Positions 17,047 to 26,701 of a stretch of 32,000 bases of DNA are shown one piece after another. The translations under genes and the position numbers were made by a program. The notes beneath the pieces were generated by a model that made no database searches, was not told where the DNA came from, and saw only the letters and a list, made by a program, of their open reading frames with translations. The stretch is from Staphylothermus marinus F1. GTDB taxonomy: Archaea > Thermoproteota > Thermoprotei_A > Sulfolobales > Desulfurococcaceae. Where the stretch lies: positions 300,001-332,000 of the forward strand of contig NC_009033.1 in assembly GCF_000015945.1 (NCBI RefSeq), read 5' to 3'. Each line of letters opens with the position of its first letter. Within the stretch, counting starts at the first letter, position 1.

Positions 17047-17925
17047 TTGGATAGTGAAGAGATCCCATTTATGGTTAAGATCGAGAAATATATTCCCTAT
17101 TTATTATTGATGCCTGCACTGCTCTACATGATTTTCTTTATTGGTTATCCCCTTGTACAAGCTGTTGGCTTAGCTTTCTTCGAGAATGGGCAGTTTACAA
17201 CGGCTAATCTTGATTATTTACTTTATAGTCCATTATCAAAGTTCTGGGATGCATTAAAGTATACGTTGCTTCTTGCAGCAGTTATTATTCCGATACAAGT
17301 GAGTGTAGCGTTTGCCATAGCTTTATTAATGAATGTGCCTTTTAAAGGACATAATTTAGCTGTCTACTCAGTTATACTACCATTAACTATTAGTGATGTT
17401 GCAGCTGGTCTAATATGGTATGTTATGCTTAGCCCTAATGGTTTCTTCAATAAATTATTGGTTTCTGCGGGAATAATAAGTGAGCCTGTCAGGTTTTTTG
17501 GAGCTGCGAATAGGGATATGGAGTTTTTAGCAATAGTTATTACGGAGGTTTGGAGAGCTACAGCTATTGTCTTCGTAATATTGTTTGCAGGTTTACAAAT
17601 GATTAGCAGAGAATACTATGAAGCAGCAGAAGTATTTGGCGCCACAACATGGCAGAGGTTTAGATACATTGTTTTCCCCATGTTGTTGCCGAGTCTCCAA
17701 GCAGCATTAATTATTAGAACACTGTTTGCTTTCCAAATATTCGGAGTAGTATGGACTCTTGCGGGAAGAGACATACCTGTTCTTGCTGGGGAAGCATATT
17801 ATGAACAAACACAGCTTCACCATCCAGGTGTGGCTTCTCTATATGCGTTAATCATAGCATTGATTTCTGTATTGATCGGGTATATCTATACAAAACTCTT
17901 TAAAGCCAGGTATTTGGAGGCTTGA
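17047..17925 (+). CDS. ABC transporter permease (MalF/UgpA-like)
   Basis: 6 TM segments. EAA-loop region EAAEVFGATTWQRFRYIVFPML. TTG start 9 nt after AGGAGGG; the ATG at 17071 is an alternative start. Confidence 0.85.
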   Translation: MDSEEIPFMVKIEKYIPYLLLMPALLYMIFFIGYPLVQAVGLAFFENGQFTTANLDYLLYSPLSKFWDALKYTLLLAAVIIPIQVSVAFAIALLMNVPFKGHNLAVYSVILPLTISDVAAGLIWYVMLSPNGFFNKLLVSAGIISEPVRFFGAANRDMEFLAIVITEVWRATAIVFVILFAGLQMISREYYEAAEVFGATTWQRFRYIVFPMLLPSLQAALIIRTLFAFQIFGVVWTLAGRDIPVLAGEAYYEQTQLHHPGVASLYALIIALISVLIGYIYTKLFKARYLEA

Positions 17926-18773
17926 GCATTATGGGTGAGGAACAAATTATTTTAGAGAAGAAATCAGTGGTAAAATATTATTTGTTCAAGATATTATTTG
18001 CTGCTACAGTTATTATTGTTGTTACATGGGTTGTACTACCATTTATTATGACAATCATTTATGCTTTATCAGATCCTCTACAATACTATGATAGATACAT
18101 TATTATTCCTACAAGATATACTTTCGAGCATGTAAAGAGCTTGCTTGACCTCGGAGCTGGACAGGCAATAATTAATAGTGTTATAGTCGCTTTACTAACG
18201 ATTCTATTCAGCTTCATAATAGGTCTTCCAGCAGGATATGCTTTTGCAAGATACAAGTTCCGCGGAAAAGACTCTTTAAAACTATTTCTTGTAGGGCTTA
18301 GAATGTTCCCCATAATAGTTATTGCTGTACCCCTGGTAACTCTTTATTTACAGCTGGGGCTAAACGATACACTCCTAGGAGTTGCATTGGCACATACAGC
18401 TATGGCTACACCCTTTGTCGTATTAATTACTTCAAGCATATTTGCTGGAGTCCCCGTTGAGCTTGAGGAAGCTGGTTTAATCTTTGGTTTAAGCAGGATA
18501 CAAGCATTTCTAAGAATAACAATGCCACTAGCACTACCGGGATTAACAGCTGCAGCAATATTTACATTTATTATGTCATGGAACGAAGTATTTATTGCAG
18601 CAGTCTTGACATTTAGAAATAGAACACTGCCTGCATTCGTTCTACAATCAGCATTAGCATCAACAGATTTCATCAAATTCGCCGCAGCATTCATAATGGT
18701 TGTTCCAGCACTTGTCTTCGTTTTCGTAGCTGGCAAATATTTGATTCAAATGTGGGGTATAACCCTTAAGTAG
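17922..18773 (+). CDS. ABC transporter permease (MalG/UgpE-like)
   Basis: The start overlaps the previous stop by 4 nt. EAA loop LEEAGLIFGLSRIQAFLRITMPLALPG. Confidence 0.85.
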   Translation: MSIMGEEQIILEKKSVVKYYLFKILFAATVIIVVTWVVLPFIMTIIYALSDPLQYYDRYIIIPTRYTFEHVKSLLDLGAGQAIINSVIVALLTILFSFIIGLPAGYAFARYKFRGKDSLKLFLVGLRMFPIIVIAVPLVTLYLQLGLNDTLLGVALAHTAMATPFVVLITSSIFAGVPVELEEAGLIFGLSRIQAFLRITMPLALPGLTAAAIFTFIMSWNEVFIAAVLTFRNRTLPAFVLQSALASTDFIKFAAAFIMVVPALVFVFVAGKYLIQMWGITLK

Positions 18774-18778
18774 AGGGG

Positions 18779-19888
18779 GTGACACATATGGTGGATGTAC
18801 ATCTAAGAAATGTTGTAAAAAGATTTGGTAAAACAGTCGCTTTAAGAGGTATAGATTTAGATGTGAATAATGGAGAATTCATAGTCCTACTAGGTCCATC
18901 GGGTTGTGGTAAAACAACCACGTTAAGAATAATCGCTGGTCTTGAAAGACCGGATAAGGGAAGGGTTATTTTTGGTAATAAAGACGTAACATATCTGCCG
19001 CCTCGTGAGAGAAATGTCTCAATGGTTTTCCAAAGCTATGCTGTATGGCCTCATATGAAGGTTTTCGATAACATAGCTTTCCCACTAAAGATTAAAGGAA
19101 TTCCTAAGGAGGAGATTAGGAAGAAGGTTAGATGGGCAGCTGAGCTTCTACAAATTGAAGAATTGCTTGATAGATATCCTCACCAACTATCCGGTGGGCA
19201 GAGGCAGAGGGTTGCTGTTGCTAGAGCTATTGTTGTTGAACCAGATGTATTATTAATGGATGAACCGTTAAGCAATCTAGATGCATTACTCAGGGTTAAA
19301 ATGAGGAGTGAGTTGAAGAAGCTTCAGAGAAAAATCAAGGTTACCACAATATATGTTACACATGACCAAGTAGAAGCAATGACTATGGGGGATAGAATAG
19401 CGGTTATGAATAATGGTATGATCATGCAGATCGGAACACCTGATGAAGTATATAATAAGCCGACAAACAAGTTTGTAGCCGGATTCATTGGTACGCCGCA
19501 AATGAACTTCTTCGATGCAACAGTCACTGTCGAGAACGATAAAATAGTGCTTGACGCGGGAGACTTCAAGATTGAAGTACCAGAAGACATAGCTAAGATA
19601 TTAAGAGAATACATTGGTAAAACAGTGATTGTAGGGATCAGGCCGGAACATGTATACCCTGAAGAATTCATACCGAGCAAAGCAGGGAGACTCGCGAAGA
19701 TACAAGGTAAAATAGATTTCATAGAACCACTAGGTTCAGACACTATTATTCATTTAAATACAGGAAGTAATATAATAGTGATCAAACTGAGTGGAAGCCA
19801 TAAATTCCTCGAAGAAACACTGAGAGCATATATTGATATAGATAAAATACATATATTCAAGAAAGAAGATGAAAAAGTAATTATATAA
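18779..19888 (+). CDS. ABC transporter ATP-binding protein (MalK/UgpC-like, with C-terminal regulatory/TOBE-like domain)
   Basis: Walker A GPSGCGKTT, signature LSGGQRQRVAVARA, Walker B LLMDEPLSNLD, H-loop YVTHD, and the MalK-type FIGTPQMNF. Confidence 0.9.
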   Translation: MTHMVDVHLRNVVKRFGKTVALRGIDLDVNNGEFIVLLGPSGCGKTTTLRIIAGLERPDKGRVIFGNKDVTYLPPRERNVSMVFQSYAVWPHMKVFDNIAFPLKIKGIPKEEIRKKVRWAAELLQIEELLDRYPHQLSGGQRQRVAVARAIVVEPDVLLMDEPLSNLDALLRVKMRSELKKLQRKIKVTTIYVTHDQVEAMTMGDRIAVMNNGMIMQIGTPDEVYNKPTNKFVAGFIGTPQMNFFDATVTVENDKIVLDAGDFKIEVPEDIAKILREYIGKTVIVGIRPEHVYPEEFIPSKAGRLAKIQGKIDFIEPLGSDTIIHLNTGSNIIVIKLSGSHKFLEETLRAYIDIDKIHIFKKEDEKVII

Positions 19889-20556
19889 TCTCGTATTCAA
19901 CAACCATTATTATAAATAATTTTTAGTTTGAGCGATACAATTGCTAGATATACTTGTCTCTAGTCACTTATGTTTCTCGCCACATCAATGATTATCTCCT
20001 ATATTTCATATATGGTAATGGTTTCAACTATCGTTCATCCCATGTCCGCCCATGTATTATTGTATGAATTCATATTTTCTGAACTATTCTTATCCATCCA
20101 TGAAAATATAGGAGGCATCTAAGCGAATTATGTATGAGTCTTTTTGGTCCCGCCAAAATATATTATTACAATTTATAATACAATGATTTTAGAAGAGTAT
20201 CACTGTATCTAACCCAACCATTTGTAGCAACGGTATTATCTCTTCCGATTATTGCAATGTTAAAATATATTGTAGATGAATATGTGAAAAGTGTTATTTC
20301 TCTATACCCAGGATTGATCAGTTCATACATGGATATGAATTCGGTACTTATCGATATCGTGATTTTTGACTTAATAATCTTCGTTTCAACAATAAAGATT
20401 GTTGATCTAGTCTGCGTAGACTAGAAATCGAATCAACGAGAAATAGTTCAATTATATTAAAAAGTTTATTGAAAGAACTATGTATTTTACTGAGAACATG
20501 TATATGTTTAATAGAATAATTACTCAATGAGTAAGCCTTGGTAGGGGGTAGGTGAT

Positions 20557-21042
20557 TTGAGTATTAGTTTCTTGGTTATAGTTGTTAGTGATAATGTTTT
20601 TCAAGGGTTAAAGAAGGATATTAGCGGAGAGTTCGCTGTTGAAACATTAAAGGATAATGGATATGTTGTTGTAGATAAAGTTGTTGTTCCAAATAATCCC
20701 CGTGAGATTATTAGGGTGATCCGTGAGCGTCGAGGAGATGTATTATTATTTATAGGTGGGACTGGGCCTGGACCCCGTGATATAACTGTTGATACTGTAG
20801 AAAGTATTGCATGGCGAAAACTACCTGGTTTCGGCGAATTGTTTCGGCGTTTATCTTTTGAAGAAATAGGTTATCGTGGAATAATTAGCAGAGCCGAATT
20901 ATTCATCTTATATGATGGAAGAATAGCTGTTGTATTGCCGGGTTCTACGGGTGCTGTAAAGCTTGGATTAAAAATACTATTGGAAACAATACCACACATA
21001 TATGAAGAAGTATGGAGATTTGAGGGACCCCATAAAACATAG
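20557..21042 (+). CDS. moaB: MoaB/MogA-family molybdenum cofactor biosynthesis protein
   Basis: VVSDNVFQG...DISGE..., LLFIGGTGPGPRDIT, GFGELFR, and LPGSTGAV are the characteristic MoaB/MogA blocks. TTG start after GGGGGTAGGTGA. Confidence 0.8.
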   Translation: MSISFLVIVVSDNVFQGLKKDISGEFAVETLKDNGYVVVDKVVVPNNPREIIRVIRERRGDVLLFIGGTGPGPRDITVDTVESIAWRKLPGFGELFRRLSFEEIGYRGIISRAELFILYDGRIAVVLPGSTGAVKLGLKILLETIPHIYEEVWRFEGPHKT

Positions 21043-21045
21043 AGT

Positions 21046-21582
21046 TTATTGTTTCTTTTTGTTTCTCTTGATGAATTCATCTATTATCGATGCTAGTTTG
21101 TCCAGTGTTTTTGCACCCTCTATTTTTTCCTGATCCTTTACTTCTCCGTTCTCAACATATAATAGTAGAGTTGTCGGTGAAGCATGTATATTATAGTATT
21201 TGAAACTTTTTCTCGCAGCTTCCGAGTTGCATTCTTGAGCGAACCAATCACAATATACTATGTAGAAATATGTGTTCTCAAGTGTTGAACCGAATAATTT
21301 AACGTATGGGTACCAGGTGAGATCATATATTCTACATGCAGGGCATTTTGCATTATCAAAATATATTATATGAAACCCGTCTTTTTCGGGTTTAAACGGT
21401 CCATTCTCTTTTTTTATTAAAACCCATTTATCCTTGCCCTTATCATAAACATATATTCCATGCGGAGAATCTATGCTTAAAACACTTAACTCAACTTCAC
21501 CAGTATATTCTTCTTTCTTTTTCTCAACAATTCTTGAGGTGATTTTCTCCAGTATTCTGAGAAGCTCCTCGTCTCCACTCAT
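21046..21582 (-). CDS. thioredoxin-fold protein (CPAC active-site-like motif)
   Basis: YFDNAKCPACRIY (CxxC) is followed at the expected distance by the cis-Pro-like SPTTLLLY. Confidence 0.5.
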   Translation of the reverse strand: MSGDEELLRILEKITSRIVEKKKEEYTGEVELSVLSIDSPHGIYVYDKGKDKWVLIKKENGPFKPEKDGFHIIYFDNAKCPACRIYDLTWYPYVKLFGSTLENTYFYIVYCDWFAQECNSEAARKSFKYYNIHASPTTLLLYVENGEVKDQEKIEGAKTLDKLASIIDEFIKRNKKKQ

Positions 21583-21707
21583 AATGTAACACCAATAATA
21601 CCTTATATGTATTCAAAAAATAAAGTGAACTCAATAAAGCATTATAAATCATAGATTTCGGATAGGGTTCTTTCTTAAAATCAATTAAGTATATATCTTA
21701 TCGATCA

Positions 21708-22040
21708 TTGATCTCTTTATATCTTTTTATACGTGAATATAATATTGTTTTACTAGTTAGAGTAAAGCTAGGACTATTAAAGAACAACCTCAACAACAAA
21801 CGAGACCAAGCCAAAACAGATCTAACATCACTAATCAACAATGTAAAACAAAGCCTATCAAGTGAACACCAAGAAATACTCAGCAAACTAGAAAACCTAA
21901 CACACTCAACAAGTAAGCTAAGCACAGAAGTAAACAAGAACAAACAAGCAACAACAGCAACAAACATGGGAGTAGCAGGAACAAGCCTAGGAGCAGTAGC
22001 ACTAGCAGCAGCACTATTCACATTATTCAAGAAGAAATAA
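21708..22040 (+). CDS. small coiled-coil protein with a C-terminal TM anchor (tail-anchored), strongly A+C-rich coding strand
   Basis: 110-aa ORF. Heptad-like polar region (DLTSLINNVKQSLSSEHQEILSKLENLTHSTSKLSTEVNK), then MGVAGTSLGAVALAAALFTLFKKK. The antisense 130-aa ORF looks like a composition artefact. Start (TTG 21708) uncertain. Confidence 0.4.
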   Translation: MISLYLFIREYNIVLLVRVKLGLLKNNLNNKRDQAKTDLTSLINNVKQSLSSEHQEILSKLENLTHSTSKLSTEVNKNKQATTATNMGVAGTSLGAVALAAALFTLFKKK

Positions 22041-22160
22041 AACAAACAACACCATTTTTTATAAATAAAACAAAACAATTTTTTATTCATTTCTATAATT
22101 TCTAAAAATCATCTTCGAATACACTGTTTCAGACAGAATAATAGGGAAAGTCGTCAGTTA

Positions 22161-22805
22161 TTATTTATTCATGCAAATCTTCCATAACGGTTTAATTACA
22201 CATTCTTGATCATACAGCTTAGCGCTAAAAATACTTATTAATATAATCTGTCTCAAAAGCTGCAATAGATCGTTTACACTATTACACTCAAATAATACAT
22301 TAATTACGTATTTTCCATACCTAGTATTCCCACTAAGCTTATCTATAGTGCATTTCTTCGCTATAGAATCCATAGACATATATTCGCCTATATCATAACT
22401 CTTATAAATATTATCTAGAAACAGTTCATCCAATCTAATTTTCCGAGCTCTTGGGAAACCCTTATTACAAGCAATAATATAACCTACACCGGCAAATTTA
22501 GAAAAAAACGTAGAAAAACTAATGGATCTACCTTTAACACCATTAAATACATATAAGACAAGATCATTATGATCAAAAATATATATCCTAATATTTTTTA
22601 GATAAGTCGCAATTAATGAATAAAAAGTCAATGCTACATCCTTTAAACCATAAAAATTACTAACAACTCCAAAAAACAGCTCATTACGAAAAGAACCATT
22701 AAACCAAGAAATAAAAAGCTCATTAATAAGACCTAAAATACTATTAATTACTGAAGTATTAATATTTTGATCTGATCTTACAATAACTAAATACAAATTA
22801 ACCAT
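22161..22805 (-). CDS. hypothetical protein, divergent neighbour of the type III cas operon
   Basis: 214-aa ORF in about 30% GC DNA, where a long open frame is unlikely by chance. I could not find Cas6 (C-terminal G-rich loop), Csa3 (CARF plus wHTH) or nuclease motifs. Confidence 0.45.
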   Translation of the reverse strand: MVNLYLVIVRSDQNINTSVINSILGLINELFISWFNGSFRNELFFGVVSNFYGLKDVALTFYSLIATYLKNIRIYIFDHNDLVLYVFNGVKGRSISFSTFFSKFAGVGYIIACNKGFPRARKIRLDELFLDNIYKSYDIGEYMSMDSIAKKCTIDKLSGNTRYGKYVINVLFECNSVNDLLQLLRQIILISIFSAKLYDQECVIKPLWKICMNK

Positions 22806-22965
22806 AAAATTTCCCCAAATACATTAACTAATGAATAAAAAATATAAATTAAAACTTATAAGCATGTAATAAAAGTCTAAGTCTAATTAATTTGAAAATA
22901 ATTTTGTATATTAATGCAATTATTAATTCATTTTTAAAAAGAAAAAGGCTTATATTATTAATTCT

Positions 22966-22984
22966 TTCTAAATATATATAATAG
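22966..22984 (+). promoter_or_regulatory. putative TATA-box promoter of the type III cas operon
   Basis: TTCTAAATATATATAATAGG is centred about 30 nt upstream of ATG 23007, with no SD in between. This fits a leaderless first gene, as is common in crenarchaea. Confidence 0.3.
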
Positions 22985-23006
22985 GTATGAATGTCTCTAT
23001 AACTAT

Positions 23007-23444
23007 ATGAGGTTTGATATATTGTCATATAAATATCACAGAGACATTCTTGTCAATACATATCTTGATATTGTGAAAAATAAAAATTATGACTTAATAC
23101 TACAAAATATTGCAAAATACGGTAAAAATTATATTAAAGACACATCTAAAACCGCATATAGAAAAATACACTCAATACTAACATCAATACTAGATAAGCT
23201 TTTATCTAATCCTGGAGACCGGGAAAAATATATCGCTGATCTTGTCGAGTCCACAATATTAATAAGGTATCAAGCCGAAAGAAAACAGTTAAACTGGAAC
23301 CTATCAAAAGAGCTAGTAGGGATCCTTGAAACCTTTCTAAAACAAATCAGAAATCTCGATGCTGAATCTCTAAGAGTTCATGTTAGAACAATTAAGATGA
23401 TCATCGATTCTATACTTGCTTTTTATTATAATCAATTCAAGTAA
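23007..23444 (+). CDS. cas11: type III small subunit, Cas11 (Csm2-like), tentative
   Basis: 145-aa, apparently all-helical protein encoded immediately upstream of csm3. Assignment rests on size and position; no strong motif. Confidence 0.5.
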   Translation: MRFDILSYKYHRDILVNTYLDIVKNKNYDLILQNIAKYGKNYIKDTSKTAYRKIHSILTSILDKLLSNPGDREKYIADLVESTILIRYQAERKQLNWNLSKELVGILETFLKQIRNLDAESLRVHVRTIKMIIDSILAFYYNQFK

Positions 23445-23462
23445 ATGTGGGAGGTCATTACT

Positions 23463-24413
23463 ATGATGAGCCCCGAACTACATATTAAAAGAAAACTTAT
23501 TGGAGTAATTGAGGTAAGATTTAAACTCGTTAATAGAACGGGATTACTAATACGTTCACCGCTTGCAAAAGCTACCATTGGAGGAGCTGATATTCAGCCA
23601 ATGTTTATTGTTAAAAACTACGGTAAGATCATAAAGGATAAACAAGTATATGAAATTGGAGAAATAGAAGTACCATACATTCCTGGTTCAAGTTTGAAGG
23701 GTCGCATTAGAAGTCTATTAGAAATATATGAAGGAGCACCATTATATTCTAGCGATAACGAGATATTTATACATGTTAGGGACATAGCCAAGAACTGGTG
23801 CACCGATCTAGAGCATTCACTCGACAACTTGTTTGGTTCGCCATCAGTAGATCTATCCAAGATCATTAAGGAAAATAAGGAATTAACTAATGAAATCTTA
23901 GAGAAATATGCACCTACAAGACTTATAGTTGAAGACTTATACCCCTCAGAAGACTATGTAGTAAAGCTTGCAGATAAAGGAATGTTAACTAAGGAAGCCT
24001 TTATTGAAGAGAAAACAGAGAATACAATAGATAGGATTACTAGTGCAGCTAATCCACGAACAATTCTCAGAGTAAAGCCAGATGTAGAATTTAAAGGAAA
24101 CTTCAAAATGCTATTATATGATGTCGACCAGAAACTTGGTAAGATCAAAGAATATATTGAGCTATTGCTTACAGGGATGAAGCTGTTAGAGGATACATAT
24201 TTAGGTGGATCAGGCTCTCGAGGCTATGGTAGAGTGAAGTTTAAGAATATAAGCATTATTCTCAAGAAGCCTGAATACTATAAAACAGGCAGTGAAGAAT
24301 ATATTATAGATATACTGGAGAAATTAAAGATTGATAGAACTGATAGTATAGAACTCCTTCTATCCAGAAAAGACGAGATAGTCAATGAAATATTGAATGA
24401 GATCAAGGGCTGA
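23463..24413 (+). CDS. csm3: type III RAMP backbone subunit Cas7 (Csm3-like)
   Basis: NRTGLLIRSP...IGGADIQP, PYIPGSSLKGRIRSLLE, NLFGSP, EEKTENTIDRITSAANPRTILRV and GGSGSRGYG match the Csm3 blocks. ATG 23463 lies 7 nt after GGGAGGT; the ORF track starts at 23445. Confidence 0.85.
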   Translation: MMSPELHIKRKLIGVIEVRFKLVNRTGLLIRSPLAKATIGGADIQPMFIVKNYGKIIKDKQVYEIGEIEVPYIPGSSLKGRIRSLLEIYEGAPLYSSDNEIFIHVRDIAKNWCTDLEHSLDNLFGSPSVDLSKIIKENKELTNEILEKYAPTRLIVEDLYPSEDYVVKLADKGMLTKEAFIEEKTENTIDRITSAANPRTILRVKPDVEFKGNFKMLLYDVDQKLGKIKEYIELLLTGMKLLEDTYLGGSGSRGYGRVKFKNISIILKKPEYYKTGSEEYIIDILEKLKIDRTDSIELLLSRKDEIVNEILNEIKG

Positions 24414-24435
24414 GCTAAAAGCTTTCCGAAAATGA

Positions 24436-25488
24436 GTGATCAGCTTGATACAATGGTATAAATTACACTTCACAACACCAGTCCATGTGGGTGAGAGAGG
24501 AGTAGAGTCTGTAAATAAGTTTATACCATCCACAACAATTTGGTCAGCTCTACTAAATTCAATGCTTCAATTAGGAATAATTGATCCAAAAACTGATCCA
24601 AAAAACCTATTCCGAGTGAACACACCATCACCGATAATAAATGGTGAAGCTATGTTTTGGGTATATGGCTTAGACATTGTATTATATGATAAAGCAGTCT
24701 CACTACTACACAGTCCGAAGTTAAGCGATCCTTTAAGAGCCTTTGATAGAGTAAATAATATTTTAAAAAATACAGTACTTGCATCAACAAATCTATTAAA
24801 ACATGATCTATCGAAGTGTAGCTTAGATGTTGAGGAATATGGGGGAGAAGCTAGTACAGAGCTAAAGCTTCAATGTAATGGAGAAGTATATTATTTTAAT
24901 GAATTTGATGGAGTAGGATATGTTATAACTTCAAAAGAAGAATCTAAAAAGATCCATAAAAAGATCCTTGAAATCGATAAAAGACCTAAGAATGTAATTG
25001 ATAGAATAACAGGTTCTGCCACACCATATCATTTACCAGCTACAATATATCATACTCCATTACTACTAGGTGTTGAAGTTCTTAATGAAAACTTATCTAT
25101 TAGAGATGTAGAAGCATCTATGAATCTTTTAAGCGATCTTGGAATTGGCGGTGAGAGAACATATGGATTTGGTAAATTTAAGTATGAACGTGTTAAATTA
25201 GAGATACATGATAGTATTGATGGAAATTATATAGTAGTGCAAGGACTATATTATCCAGGCATTAATGCTCTACAAAAAATCCTCAGCAAAAACACACTCT
25301 ACAATATAAGGATCCATGGATATAGGAGTGGTTTTACAGGTTTAATTAGAAGGCCCGTCTTCGTATTAACTGAAGGAAGTATTATCCCAATCAATTGTTA
25401 TAATGATGGTATAGTAATAGTAGATCAAAGATATGGTGATCGAATAGTTAGATCATTCGATCCAATTACTTATAAAATAAAGATCTGA
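24436..25488 (+). CDS. csm4: type III Cas5-group subunit (Csm4-like)
   Basis: The N-terminus YKLHFTTPVHVGERG....IPSTTIWSALLNS, then NVIDRITGSATPYHL, and the C-terminal glycine loop GIGGERTYGFGKF are typical of Csm4/Cmr3-type proteins. Confidence 0.8.
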   Translation: MISLIQWYKLHFTTPVHVGERGVESVNKFIPSTTIWSALLNSMLQLGIIDPKTDPKNLFRVNTPSPIINGEAMFWVYGLDIVLYDKAVSLLHSPKLSDPLRAFDRVNNILKNTVLASTNLLKHDLSKCSLDVEEYGGEASTELKLQCNGEVYYFNEFDGVGYVITSKEESKKIHKKILEIDKRPKNVIDRITGSATPYHLPATIYHTPLLLGVEVLNENLSIRDVEASMNLLSDLGIGGERTYGFGKFKYERVKLEIHDSIDGNYIVVQGLYYPGINALQKILSKNTLYNIRIHGYRSGFTGLIRRPVFVLTEGSIIPINCYNDGIVIVDQRYGDRIVRSFDPITYKIKI

Positions 25489-25493
25489 GGAGC

Positions 25494-26696
25494 GTGATCA
25501 ATGTTATGAGAGAGAAAATTATTGAAAAGCATAGAATCCTCCTCAAGGTTGCTACTGAAACACATGTATGGAGTGGCGACATGTTTTTACAAAACGTGGA
25601 TTTAGTAGTTAGTAGAGCTAGTTGGAGGGAATTTATAGCTTATATATTAGACATGAATAAATTGACTAGAATAATTATTGAGAAGGGTAAACACATGGAT
25701 TTATTAAATGCATTGAAGTCCAGAAACATATTAGCACTTCTTAGCAAGTATAAGCTATACTTGAAAAATGTTTCATCAGCCACTTATATATCAAAGATCG
25801 AACCTAAAATACTTGGAACATTTATTAAAAAGAATTTTTCAATAAACAACATTCCTTTAATACCAGGCAGTGAACTGAAAGGGCTCATTAGAACTGCGAT
25901 CCTAAATTATATGATAACATATAAATTAATAGATCCTAGAGCAGTTGATGAAGCACTTAATAATTTAAGCTTCTCAGAATCAACGAAAAATATTGATCAA
26001 ATTATTCAAAAATTTATAAGAAAAATTATAACCGCTAGCAAGACTCCTCTAGATCTGTTAAAATTTGTTAGTATTAGTGATCCATTAAATTATAATGTAA
26101 AACCTATTATAGACAAATATGTAGCTTTGAAACTAGCTAGTTTAGAAGAAGTTGCATCTGAGGATGTTGTTGCTTTAGACAGGGATAGTTTTATCGAGTA
26201 TGAAATCTCAATATATAAACCTGTATCTAAGGAATATGTTAGGGGCCAATACAATATTAAGTTATACCATGAATTCTTAAGCCTATATGGTAGGTTACTG
26301 AGAGATGATAAAGAACTGAAATTATTGAAAGTATTGAAGGACTTTTCACTAAAAATGATTAATTTCGAGATTAAACGTCTAGATAGTGTAAAGGCTAACA
26401 TTGATAAATCATTTATTAAACAACTTGATAAATGGAGACTTGAGGTTTCGAATAAGAATAATGTATTTTACTTTAAAACGGGATACGGGACTGGAATGTA
26501 TAGTAAAACAATATTTTTGAGTATGAACCCTGATCAGCAGAAGAGATTGATTAGGATCATGACTAATATTATGGCTAATAAAACAAAGGATAGGATTAGT
26601 GTTTGGGATTTGCAAACAATGAAAATAGTTGGATCAGATTTTCTCTATAATAAAAAGATAATACCTGTCGGATGGGTTAGATTAGAGATAATATAG
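25494..26696 (+). CDS. csm5: type III RAMP subunit (Csm5-like Cas7 paralogue)
   Basis: LKVATETHVWSGD, IPLIPGSELKGLIRTAILNY and FKTGYGTGMYSKT resemble the Csm5 blocks (tPvHIGsG ; iPGSsiKGaiRt ; iGwGsG). Confidence 0.75.
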   Translation: MINVMREKIIEKHRILLKVATETHVWSGDMFLQNVDLVVSRASWREFIAYILDMNKLTRIIIEKGKHMDLLNALKSRNILALLSKYKLYLKNVSSATYISKIEPKILGTFIKKNFSINNIPLIPGSELKGLIRTAILNYMITYKLIDPRAVDEALNNLSFSESTKNIDQIIQKFIRKIITASKTPLDLLKFVSISDPLNYNVKPIIDKYVALKLASLEEVASEDVVALDRDSFIEYEISIYKPVSKEYVRGQYNIKLYHEFLSLYGRLLRDDKELKLLKVLKDFSLKMINFEIKRLDSVKANIDKSFIKQLDKWRLEVSNKNNVFYFKTGYGTGMYSKTIFLSMNPDQQKRLIRIMTNIMANKTKDRISVWDLQTMKIVGSDFLYNKKIIPVGWVRLEII

Positions 26697-26701
26697 TTTG
26701 G

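Noticed and set aside
21698-22090. 130-aa minus-strand ORF
   Set aside because: It is the mirror image of the A+C-rich plus-strand gene. Its product is a Cys/Phe/Leu/Ser-rich string typical of translating a T+G-rich strand.
22161-22805. Calling the 214-aa protein Cas6 or Csa3
   Set aside because: The only G.G....GF-like stretch (GVGYIIACNKGF) is mid-protein and lacks the terminal Gly of the Cas6 loop. No CARF-like N-terminus or C-terminal wHTH is recognisable.
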